This document shows positions 28,762 to 36,309 of a DNA stretch of 64,000 nt, one piece after another (position 1 is the first letter of the stretch; every line of letters begins with the position of its first letter). Source of the DNA: a virus (lineage: Duplodnaviria > Caudoviricetes); IMG/VR virus record IMGVR_UViG_3300037419_001546, positions 1 through 64,000 of that record, one strand, 5' to 3'. The notes beneath the pieces are model-generated. The model was not told where the DNA came from. It did not search any database and worked only from the letters and a program-made list of their open reading frames with translations. The translations under genes and the position numbers were made by a program.

Positions 28762-28901
28762 TACCGCCCGAGGAATAGTCGGTGGAAGTGACGAGGTGTC
28801 CTAGGCCGCTAGACGACGGAAGGCGTGCCCTCCGGCGGGATTCGAACCCGCGTTACCGCTTGTTGAGAGCGAAGTAACTCCTACCTGCGCACCGGGCGGT
28901 A
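28762..28901 (-). ncRNA. Y RNA 2 (YrlA-like) with permuted tRNA-Glu-like domain
   Basis: Terminal stem UACCGCCCG/CGGGCGGUA; GGUGCGCAG...CCGACU; T-arm GCGGG-UUCGAAU-CCCGC; 7-bp acceptor stem closed by CACG; D-arm GUC-UAGCGGCCUAG-GAC. Confidence 0.88.
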
Positions 28902-28920
28902 TTCACACTCTGAAGTTGTG

Positions 28921-28994
28921 CTCCCGAGAAATAAGCGCCTGAGGTACGGATCTCATCCCAAATGTGAAGTAGCCCCAGACTTCCGCACCGGAAG
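28921..28994 (-). ncRNA. Y RNA 3, minimal Y RNA without tRNA-like domain
   Basis: Same scaffold motifs (GGUGCG..AG, G-run then YUACUUC, U-rich bulge before the closing strand); stems CUUCCG/CGGGAG and CUGGGG/CCUCAG. Confidence 0.7.
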
Positions 28995-29001
28995 TGGCTT
29001 C

Positions 29002-29007
29002 ACTGTA
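29002..29007 (-). promoter_or_regulatory. Candidate -10 element TACAGT for the Y RNA-rsr transcript
   Basis: TANNNT located 7-8 nt upstream of the predicted Y RNA 3 5' end. Confidence 0.5.
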
Positions 29008-29016
29008 TACCGAGGG

Positions 29017-29337
29017 TCAGGCTCCAGCCGAATAGTCGCTCGACTGTTCGCTCACCCCGTAGGGGTTCTCGGCCGTGTGCTCGATACGGGTCCGGCAGCC
29101 CGGGCACATCTGCCCGCCCGGACCGACAGGCTGCTCCCGGCAGATCCCGCACAGGCGGGACGGGATCTCCTCGAGCTGCCCGCCGCCAACCTTCCAGCAC
29201 TCCCGCCGACCGTCAGGGTGGTCGAGGGTGACGATTTGACCGTTGAGTCCATCGAGGGGCGGTTGCTCGGCGAAGGTCTCGCGCAGTATCCAGTCGGTGC
29301 TCCAAATGCCCCAGACGGGCGCAGTGGTATCGCTCAT
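29017..29337 (-). CDS. Hypothetical protein with C-terminal CxxC..CxxC
   Basis: Coupled ORF; CGIC/CPGC. Confidence 0.55.
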   Translation of the reverse strand: MSDTTAPVWGIWSTDWILRETFAEQPPLDGLNGQIVTLDHPDGRRECWKVGGGQLEEIPSRLCGICREQPVGPGGQMCPGCRTRIEHTAENPYGVSEQSSDYSAGA

Positions 29338-29600
29338 GACTGCGATTCTGCCGCGCAGGCGATCCGGTGCAGCTGCTGCAGCTCGTCCAGGTCGCTCTCG
29401 CTGATCATGCGGCCGTCGTACACCACCTCCTGGCAGGAAGGGCACCCGAACAGCAACCAGCCGTTGCGGTGCACGAACCCCGGTTCGGCGGCCTCGGCTT
29501 CACGCATAGCCGTCGACTCGAACATTGCTTCCGCCTGGTCCGTGATCGGCTTCAGCGGCCGCGATCCTGGACCGTTCAGCCAGTAGTCACGCAGGCTCAT
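29334..29600 (-). CDS. Hypothetical protein
   Basis: Coupled ORF (ATGA overlaps). Confidence 0.55.
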   Translation of the reverse strand: MSLRDYWLNGPGSRPLKPITDQAEAMFESTAMREAEAAEPGFVHRNGWLLFGCPSCQEVVYDGRMISESDLDELQQLHRIACAAESQS

Positions 29601-30094
29601 GCCGCCCACTCCGTCCGGTAGTCCGGGTGATCGGACCATATTGCGGCCAACTTCTGCAGCATCCACCCGAGCCACATCACAGCCGCTGCGTCTTGGCCGG
29701 CCGTGAATGCGTTGGTGGCGTGCTCGTTGCGAGAGTTGCGCGCTCTGACCGCAGTGCGATATGCGTCGAGCACGTCGCGGCCGAACTCGCACTGCTGCAG
29801 CACCCGTGCCGGGTCGTGGCGGGCGATGTGCCACAGGCCGCCCTGCTGGCGCGCCTCCACCTGGCGGAGAATGAACGCGGGCAGCGGGCCGACATGACGT
29901 GTCGGATACTCCTCGACCGTGCGCAGCGAAATCGCCTGGGTATCCAGCCCTTCCACCTCAACCCCAGGCTGCAACGGCTCCCTCTCGCCATCTTCCCAAC
30001 ACCACTCCGCACCAGGGCGTTCGGGGTCGATCGCGGATTGCGCGATTTCCTCGTCCTCGGCGAGCCGGGCCTCGATGAACTCGACGATGGTCAC
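29597..30094 (-). CDS. DUF6221-like actinophage protein
   Basis: IVEFIEARLAEDE...HIARHDPARVL...LAAIWSDHPDYR.EW. Confidence 0.75.
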   Translation of the reverse strand: MTIVEFIEARLAEDEEIAQSAIDPERPGAEWCWEDGEREPLQPGVEVEGLDTQAISLRTVEEYPTRHVGPLPAFILRQVEARQQGGLWHIARHDPARVLQQCEFGRDVLDAYRTAVRARNSRNEHATNAFTAGQDAAAVMWLGWMLQKLAAIWSDHPDYRTEWAA

Positions 30095-30582
30095 GGGCGC
30101 TCCTCGGCCAGGCTTCCCGCGATCGACTGCATGACCCGCGCCGCGATGTATTCGTCTCGCTCGCGCTTCGTCAGCCCCTCGGGCACGGATGCCGTGATCT
30201 CGGCGTAGGTGCGCCGGATCCTCTCGCGCTCCGCCAACATCTGCTGCACGAACGGCTCCTCGGGTGCAGCCTCGGCCAGGAAGTCGAGAGGATCCTGGAA
30301 TCGAGTGTGGATGATGGACCACTGCGAATCGTCGCTGCCGATGTTGTCGAAGATCGGATTGCGCGGGATGGTGATCGATTCCAGCAGCTCGGCCTCGTCG
30401 ATCAGGTGGCCGTCACGGACGCGCCAGGTTCGGCGCTGGCCGCTCGGGAAGTCGAGTGTCACGGCGCCACCCTCAGGCAGGGCGCTCCTTGGCGGCCGGT
30501 CGCTCGACTGGCTGATCTGCTTCCAGTCCTTGTCCCAGGTGCGCCAGAGGAAGACGGGCGCCCACTTTTCGACGGTGGTCAT
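30091..30582 (-). CDS. Hypothetical protein
   Basis: Coupled ORF. Confidence 0.55.
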   Translation of the reverse strand: MTTVEKWAPVFLWRTWDKDWKQISQSSDRPPRSALPEGGAVTLDFPSGQRRTWRVRDGHLIDEAELLESITIPRNPIFDNIGSDDSQWSIIHTRFQDPLDFLAEAAPEEPFVQQMLAERERIRRTYAEITASVPEGLTKRERDEYIAARVMQSIAGSLAEERP

Positions 30583-30806
30583 GCAGCTGATTCTCCAATG
30601 TGGTTGGGTTCGAGGCTGAAGAACAGGACCGCGGTCTTGCTAACCGGGGCGCCGCTTCTCGCCGCGGTACGTCCGAAGAGCTCATTGAACATCTGCTGGC
30701 GGGTCCGTCCGCCGGCGGCGATCGTCCCGTGGTCCATCGCGATCTCGTTGCTGCCGTTGCCAGGATGAACCCACTGAATGGTGATCACCCAATGCATTTC
30801 GGTCAT
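30579..30806 (-). CDS. Hypothetical protein
   Basis: Coupled ORF; ends VLFFSLEPN. Confidence 0.55.
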   Translation of the reverse strand: MTEMHWVITIQWVHPGNGSNEIAMDHGTIAAGGRTRQQMFNELFGRTAARSGAPVSKTAVLFFSLEPNHIGESAA

Positions 30807-31825
30807 GCTGCTGATCCTTTCCGGTCTGCGGCCGCGATGTCGAGCACGTCGCCGAGCCGGAACACTTGCGCGTCGCCGCGCTGGATCGGAGTGTCGGTGA
30901 TGCGGGTGCCGTATGTCGGGTCGTGGTGCAGGTAGCCGCGGGCGGTGAGTTTCCCGGCTTTCGGTTCCGCCCACCGGTGCAGGGTGCGTGAAGCGATCGG
31001 GATGCCGAATTGTCCTGTGATGCGGGTGATTTCGGCGATGGTGAACAGCCGGTCGCGGACGGCTGCCAGGGCGAGCGCCTGGACGTGCCGCACTTCGTGC
31101 TGTTCGCCGCATTCGCGGCAGTGCACCCAGGTCGGCAGGTCGCCGCGCTCGTCGGCACGCACCCGCAGCTCGACTCCGCATTCGGGGCAGGGCCCGATCT
31201 GGCGGGGCGGATCGGGTGCGTCGATGATGCGCCGGATCTGCGCTGAGGCGCCGGCGATGTCGCGGCACAGTTCGGCGGCGGCCTCGTGCGCGCGGAGCTC
31301 GTGCGGGTGGCAGGCGAGCCAGACGGCGGCCTGTTCGTACGGTGTGGCTGTGTCGGCGAGTGCGTCGCCGTCGATGCGGGATACGCGGACGGTGCGTTTG
31401 ATCTTCCCTTTGGCGAGGCGTTCCTCGACGATGGTGGCCGGGGCGCGGCGGGAGGTGCCGCGGCGGCGGTTGTTGGCGGTGATCTGGACGAGGCCGGGCG
31501 CGCCGATGGGGATGTCGACGCCGAGGTCTTCGGCGAGCGCGCGCGCCCAGGTGGCGATCGTGGTGTGGATTGCGGTGACCTGTCGGTCGCCGTCGATCCA
31601 GATGCCGTTGCCGCGGCTGTTGGCGCGCACGGGGATCGGGGTTTCGGCGGAGCGGCCGCCGTTGCGGTCGCCCATCTTCGCGAGTCCGGCCCGGGTGATG
31701 GTGAGTTCGGCGAGCAGGCCCGGGATCGACAGTAGGTCGACGATCAGGGTGTCGGCGCACGGCTGGCAGAGGGTGAGCCGGTCGCCGACCGGGCGGGCGC
31801 AGCGCGCGCAACGGATTTCGGTCAC
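30803..31825 (-). CDS. Zn-finger plus HTH protein (candidate late transcription regulator)
   Basis: N-terminal CxxC pairs, CPEC...CREC and a C-terminal HTH-like segment; last large early gene. Confidence 0.6.
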   Translation of the reverse strand: MTEIRCARCARPVGDRLTLCQPCADTLIVDLLSIPGLLAELTITRAGLAKMGDRNGGRSAETPIPVRANSRGNGIWIDGDRQVTAIHTTIATWARALAEDLGVDIPIGAPGLVQITANNRRRGTSRRAPATIVEERLAKGKIKRTVRVSRIDGDALADTATPYEQAAVWLACHPHELRAHEAAAELCRDIAGASAQIRRIIDAPDPPRQIGPCPECGVELRVRADERGDLPTWVHCRECGEQHEVRHVQALALAAVRDRLFTIAEITRITGQFGIPIASRTLHRWAEPKAGKLTARGYLHHDPTYGTRITDTPIQRGDAQVFRLGDVLDIAAADRKGSAA

Positions 31826-32106
31826 CGGGTGTGCTCCTCCAGGAAGTGGATGCGGTCGCGGAGGGTGCGCAACTCCGGCCCGCCGACCCATGAGTACGGC
31901 GAGACGAGGTCGGCCGACCACCAGATGAGCGCGACGCACAGGATCTGTGTGCGTTCCCACAGCGATCGGGCGGGGTGCGCGGGCGCGTATTCCTTGCACA
32001 TGCAGCGGGTGACGCCGTCCAGTCCGAGGTGGACGTCACCGCACTCGCCGAACACCGCCGAGTGCGCTTGCTCGGCGTGGCCGCACCACATGCAGGCTTC
32101 CGCCAT
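31822..32106 (-). CDS. Cys/His-rich hypothetical protein
   Basis: CMWCGH...C...C.C. Confidence 0.5.
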   Translation of the reverse strand: MAEACMWCGHAEQAHSAVFGECGDVHLGLDGVTRCMCKEYAPAHPARSLWERTQILCVALIWWSADLVSPYSWVGGPELRTLRDRIHFLEEHTR

Positions 32107-32381
32107 CACGCCTCCGTTCCCGCGAGGACATCGGCGACGCGGTCGTATCGCTGCTGCGATGCGAGGCCGGCGACGAGGACTCGCGCCAGCGCGGTTGTGC
32201 GGGTGTAGACCGTGTCGTCGGGGTGCCGGATATGGATGCTGCACACGGCCGCGTAGGCGGGCGCGTTGGTGATGCTGATCCGTTCGACGCGCAGGATGCG
32301 CTCGTAGCCGCGGCGGGAGCGGTCGCGGAAGCAGTCGCCTGGGCGGATGGTGACGGTGTCGTCGATGGTGGCGACTCGCAT
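32106..32381 (-). CDS. Hypothetical protein
   Basis: Coupled ORF. Confidence 0.5.
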   Translation of the reverse strand: MRVATIDDTVTIRPGDCFRDRSRRGYERILRVERISITNAPAYAAVCSIHIRHPDDTVYTRTTALARVLVAGLASQQRYDRVADVLAGTEA

Positions 32382-32986
32382 CACGCCCCGCCGATCACGC
32401 GGTGGATGTCCTCGGCCCAAGCGTCGAGTTTGGCCATGTCCGAGAAGTCGCGGACCTTGATCTTGGCGCGGCGGCCGTCGGGGTGGTGCCAGACGATGCC
32501 CTCGTAGAGCGGGCTGGCGTCCCATTCGGCCATCAGGTCGCGCAGCGATTCGAACCCGGTTGGGATGTCGGGCAGGATGATCGCGCCGTGGCGGTGCAGG
32601 CCGTGGCCGTAGAACTTGTGCGGATTGCCGTTGATCTTCGGGCCGCACAGCTCGTATGTGCCGGGCCCGAGGATCTCGTGACGGTCGAGGGCAGCGGCGT
32701 GGATCTTGGCGAATCCGGACTGCCGCATCGGTTCCCATCCGACGCGTTTGCCGGTCCCCGGGTCGTGCTGCACCTGGACGAAATTGTCGGGTTCGGTCTT
32801 GCCACGCTTCACTTCGCGGCGCGCCCACCAGTCGCCGTGTTCGTCGAGCATGGTGCAGACGCCGTCGAGTTTCGCGGTGGCGGTGCCTTCGCCTGCGAGC
32901 ACCCAGTGGCAGTCGGGGTGCACTTCGGGGAGCAGGCGGCGCATGTCGTCGGGGTTGCGCTGGAACAGGGTTGGGATTTTGCGCAT
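32381..32986 (-). CDS. Minimal ATP-dependent RNA ligase-like nucleotidyltransferase (DUF5565/RLIG1-like)
   Basis: Motif I AKLDG, motif III YELCGPKINGNP, motif IV YEGIVW, motif V AKIK. Confidence 0.7.
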   Translation of the reverse strand: MRKIPTLFQRNPDDMRRLLPEVHPDCHWVLAGEGTATAKLDGVCTMLDEHGDWWARREVKRGKTEPDNFVQVQHDPGTGKRVGWEPMRQSGFAKIHAAALDRHEILGPGTYELCGPKINGNPHKFYGHGLHRHGAIILPDIPTGFESLRDLMAEWDASPLYEGIVWHHPDGRRAKIKVRDFSDMAKLDAWAEDIHRVIGGA

Positions 32987-32987
32987 G

Positions 32988-33506
32988 TCAGTGCTCCGTT
33001 GCAGGTGAGGCGGGATCGAGGGCGCTGCTGAGGTTGGTGATTTCGATGTGCACCCCGGTGGTTTCGCCGATTTCGGCGAGCCGTTTGCGGGCGCGCAGGT
33101 CGACGACGCGGGAGTCGTCGGCGAACAGGATTCCGGTCAGGGCGTCGAGGACGGCGCGGGCGAGCTTGTCGACGTCGGGGCGTTTGATCGCGGGCGGCGT
33201 GCTCCGCTTCGGGGTCGAGGCCGGCCGCGGCATGACGAACCGGAGATCGACCGCGACGGCGCCGGGCATCATCGCGGCGCCGGACTGGTGGGCGGCGAGC
33301 GCGATGCGTTCGCGCCACGGGCCGACCGCTTTCGACGACTCGACCATGCGGGCGCGGCCGTTGGGCATCATGCCCTTGAAGCTCTTGCTTCCCTGCGGTG
33401 CGGCAGTTCCGGGCACGAACATCGCCCAGGTGACTGGCGGCTGCGCTGACACCAGCCTCAGGACCGCCTCGGCGGAGGGCATGAGCGGCAGCTCAATCTC
33501 AGACAT
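32988..33506 (-). CDS. rusA: RusA-like Holliday junction resolvase
   Basis: FVPG.AAPQGSK and PDVDKLARAVLDALTG..F.DDS.VV. Confidence 0.88.
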   Translation of the reverse strand: MSEIELPLMPSAEAVLRLVSAQPPVTWAMFVPGTAAPQGSKSFKGMMPNGRARMVESSKAVGPWRERIALAAHQSGAAMMPGAVAVDLRFVMPRPASTPKRSTPPAIKRPDVDKLARAVLDALTGILFADDSRVVDLRARKRLAEIGETTGVHIEITNLSSALDPASPATEH

Positions 33507-33711
33507 GGGTGCTCCATTCGGGCAGCAGTTCGGCCGCGGGTTCGGCGAGGCAGATGTGCGGGCAGCAGGCCGGGGCCGTCGGTTCGGGCTCGGGTGAGGT
33601 GCGGCGCATGCGCACGGTGCTGATGAACAGCGCGATGGCGACGAGCAGGGCGGCGATGCCGACGCCGAAGCTGAAGCCGCCCAGCCACATCGATCGGAAA
33701 GGTTCAGACAT
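33499..33711 (-). CDS. Small membrane protein
   Basis: One TM helix. Confidence 0.5.
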   Translation of the reverse strand: MSEPFRSMWLGGFSFGVGIAALLVAIALFISTVRMRRTSPEPEPTAPACCPHICLAEPAAELLPEWSTHV

Positions 33712-34072
33712 TGGGAACCTCGATCCAGTCGTGCGTGTAGGCGCGCATGACCGGCTCCTTGTAGGCTGCGGCGATTTCGCGTGCGGCCTCCTCGGTGTCG
33801 TGGTTGTTCCACGGCACCAGCCGCACCCGATCGCCCGTGTGGTCTTCGACCACGCCAGAGCCCCACTCGATACCGGTGGGCAGGAGATCGCCCAGGGCAT
33901 CGACGTAGCCGCTGACCGCCGCTCGGTGGGCCTCGCGGCGTTCCTCGGAATCGTCGTCCCAGGGCGGGACAACGCAGTCAGGCTCCTTCGCGCGGGTCAG
34001 CATGTGTTCCCAGCGCGCCAATCGCTCGATGGCCTCGGCGCGGATCTGCTCGCGCGGTGTTCGGTCAGGCAT
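33704..34072 (-). CDS. Hypothetical protein
   Basis: Coupled ORF. Confidence 0.5.
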   Translation of the reverse strand: MPDRTPREQIRAEAIERLARWEHMLTRAKEPDCVVPPWDDDSEERREAHRAAVSGYVDALGDLLPTGIEWGSGVVEDHTGDRVRLVPWNNHDTEEAAREIAAAYKEPVMRAYTHDWIEVPNV

Positions 34073-34571
34073 GCGAGAACTCCCATCGCCGGACGAACAC
34101 GCCGGGCCCGCCCTTCGCGAGCAGGGTGCGTGCTTCGGTCCGGCCGTAGGCGACGAGGGCGGACGGCGCGCCAGCGTTGCCGCTGGCGGGGGTGCCGTCG
34201 GGCAGGCAGAAGTGCAGTCGCCCGTGCAGGAACAGCACGGCGTCGGCGCGATCCCAGATGTGTTCGGTGAACCATGTGGTCTCGGTGCGCGCGAACACGA
34301 GTGCGATACCCCGGCCGTGGTCGGCGAGTTTGCCGAGCCACCGACCGATGTCGCGGTATGGCGGGTTGAGCCACACACGGCCGTACCACTCGGCGGACAG
34401 GCCGTCGGCCGGCGGGGTGATGTGGTCGGCGGCGGTCGGCCACGGGCGCGGCTGGGGTGCCGCGCACGGGTCGAGGTCGAACGGGCCGAGTGTGTCGATG
34501 ATGCCGCGTGGCGTGAGCCACACATTCGATCCATCGCGCGCCGACTGGTGACCGCCCATACCGCTACGCAT
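34065..34571 (-). CDS. Phage DNA N6-adenine methyltransferase (Dam-like)
   Basis: WLTP, FDLDPCA, VWLNPPY, LVFARTET motifs. Confidence 0.88.
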   Translation of the reverse strand: MRSGMGGHQSARDGSNVWLTPRGIIDTLGPFDLDPCAAPQPRPWPTAADHITPPADGLSAEWYGRVWLNPPYRDIGRWLGKLADHGRGIALVFARTETTWFTEHIWDRADAVLFLHGRLHFCLPDGTPASGNAGAPSALVAYGRTEARTLLAKGGPGVFVRRWEFSHA

Positions 34572-35136
34572 CGACGCTCACCGCCTTAGCCTGCTCACTC
34601 TCGATGAGATTGATTGCGAGCCGGTAGTTCTGGCACAGGTAGACCGCGCGGTTCGAGGTCTCGCCGAAGTGGGCGACGATCTTCGCGCGCAGCTGCTCGA
34701 CGGTGACATCGGCGTCGGCGATGAACGTGCCGTCGCGCCGGCGGATGGCGCCGCGTTCGTCGCGCACCGCGGCCGCGCGCAGCGCCTCGTCGATCTGCTC
34801 AGCGGTGGGCGGCACGGCGGTGGCGGGCGCGTCGCCGGGCAGGTAGATATCCACGAACGGGCTCGCCTGGTCCTCGTCCTCGTCACCGCCGTCGTCGGGC
34901 GAGCCCATCCATTCGACGTAGCCGACATCGGTCGACGCCTCGCCGTCGGGCCCGATGGTCGCGGTGATCACGAAGTCGCCGCCGACGTAGGTTGCGTACG
35001 ACCATCCGGCCGGGCTGGTTTGCAGCGCGAAGTCGTCCGGGGTGATCTCTTCGTGCCTGATGTGGCCGGCCTCGTGGGCGTAGGCGACCGCGGCGGCGAT
35101 CACGTCCGCGAGCGCGGGACGTTCGGTGCTACTCAT
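34564..35136 (-). CDS. Hypothetical protein
   Basis: Coupled ORF. Confidence 0.5.
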   Translation of the reverse strand: MSSTERPALADVIAAAVAYAHEAGHIRHEEITPDDFALQTSPAGWSYATYVGGDFVITATIGPDGEASTDVGYVEWMGSPDDGGDEDEDQASPFVDIYLPGDAPATAVPPTAEQIDEALRAAAVRDERGAIRRRDGTFIADADVTVEQLRAKIVAHFGETSNRAVYLCQNYRLAINLIESEQAKAVSVDA

Positions 35137-35653
35137 CGGCGGCCACCTCGGTGTTCAACGTGACCGTGTGGCCAGCGCCCTGGACGGCAGCGATGACGGC
35201 ACGGCCAATCTCGGCCGGGTCCGAGTGATCAGTCGGGATGCGAGCCATGAAGGCCTCGCCGATGGCGATCTGATACGTGCGCTGATGAATGTGCTGACGC
35301 ATCCAGCGCAGGCAGACGCGCATCGTGTCGTAGTTCGGGTGCCCCTCGCGCAACTCGAGGTTGAGCTTTTCGACGATGGCGATGGCGGCCAGATGCTCGG
35401 CGACGAGGGCGTGCCGGTCGGCGGCAGCCTGGTCGTCGATATCGCACCCGCACGTGGCGGTGTGCCGGTCGCCATGCTTGCCGTCTGGGCCGGTCGGGCG
35501 TTGCCGTGCGACGTCGCGCAGCAGTTCGCGGATCACGTCGGCGTACCGGTGGCGTTGAGAGTTGGCCGGGTAGAAGTTCACGACGGCGGCTTCGGCGTAG
35601 CTCAGCGCTTCGCCGACGGTCTTGATCGATCGGGTTGAGCGCAGCTCACTCAT
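35129..35653 (-). CDS. Hypothetical protein
   Basis: Coupled ORF. Confidence 0.5.
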   Translation of the reverse strand: MSELRSTRSIKTVGEALSYAEAAVVNFYPANSQRHRYADVIRELLRDVARQRPTGPDGKHGDRHTATCGCDIDDQAAADRHALVAEHLAAIAIVEKLNLELREGHPNYDTMRVCLRWMRQHIHQRTYQIAIGEAFMARIPTDHSDPAEIGRAVIAAVQGAGHTVTLNTEVAADE

Positions 35654-35867
35654 CGGTGGTTCCTTCGTCGGGGCGCGGGTCGTGTTCGCGGCAGGTGTGG
35701 ATGTAGATCAGCTCGTAGCGGCGGCCGTCGACGCCGATCCGGTAGCAGGGTTCGCCGCGGTGGGCGCCGCAGTGCGTGCACGGGCGGGCCTCGATCGCCG
35801 CGGTTTTCGTGGCGGCCTCGTTCTGGCCGAGGCGGGCCCGGGGCAGCGGGACGATGTCAGCGGGCAT
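35646..35867 (-). CDS. Small Zn-finger protein
   Basis: PCTHCGA..GEPC...H..R. Confidence 0.55.
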   Translation of the reverse strand: MPADIVPLPRARLGQNEAATKTAAIEARPCTHCGAHRGEPCYRIGVDGRRYELIYIHTCREHDPRPDEGTTDE

Positions 35868-36201
35868 CGGGGGCCGCCCCGTCGACGGGCTCGTACGTCT
35901 TCTCGAAGATGTCGGGCTTGCACGGGTAGAACTCGCCGGCTACGCCGCGGATCACCCAGTCGTCCAGGTCGACCCAGTGCAGGCCTTCGAGGGTCGAGAT
36001 GATCATGCGGCCGTCGCGGGGGTCGATGCTGACGCCGCTGGCCGGGTACGGCTTTCGGCCTTCGATGACGTCCATCGGTTCGAACGAGCCGATGGTGTTG
36101 CGCTCGATCCAGGAGTAGATCCCCATCGCGTCCTCGGCGGTCAGGTCGCGACGGAACTGCCGAGCTTCGATCTCGACGGGCTTTTTGCGGAACTTGGGCA
36201 T
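35857..36201 (-). CDS. Conserved phage protein (KKPVEIEA...TLEG...DW.I.G..GEFYPCKPDIFEKTYE family)
   Basis: Recognisable widespread phage motif; function not assignable here. Confidence 0.8.
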   Translation of the reverse strand: MPKFRKKPVEIEARQFRRDLTAEDAMGIYSWIERNTIGSFEPMDVIEGRKPYPASGVSIDPRDGRMIISTLEGLHWVDLDDWVIRGVAGEFYPCKPDIFEKTYEPVDGAAPDAR

Positions 36202-36309
36202 CAGGCACCCCACGGCAGGACGAGGACCGGGGTGTCGTAGCTGGCCGGCAGGACGCCGACGGGCGCGGTGAGCACGCCGTGGATGGCGGCGATGAGCTGA
36301 GCAACGTTG

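Noticed and set aside
28630-28860. Two apparent tRNA genes or pseudogenes
   Set aside because: The T-arm precedes the D-arm and the acceptor stem is closed by a loop; they are embedded in Y RNA stems next to rsr.
28612-28994. CRISPR-like repeat-spacer array (recurring GAAGTA...GCACC)
   Set aside because: The repeats are degenerate structural motifs, only three units of unequal length, and no cas genes are present.
29597-32000. ssrA-like degrons on several early proteins ending in AA (also 46049-46234 and 49813-50136)
   Set aside because: Explained by GCATGA/GCGGCATGA start-stop overlaps. The repressor's AAA has the same overlap, so its degron call rests on the att architecture rather than on the ending alone.
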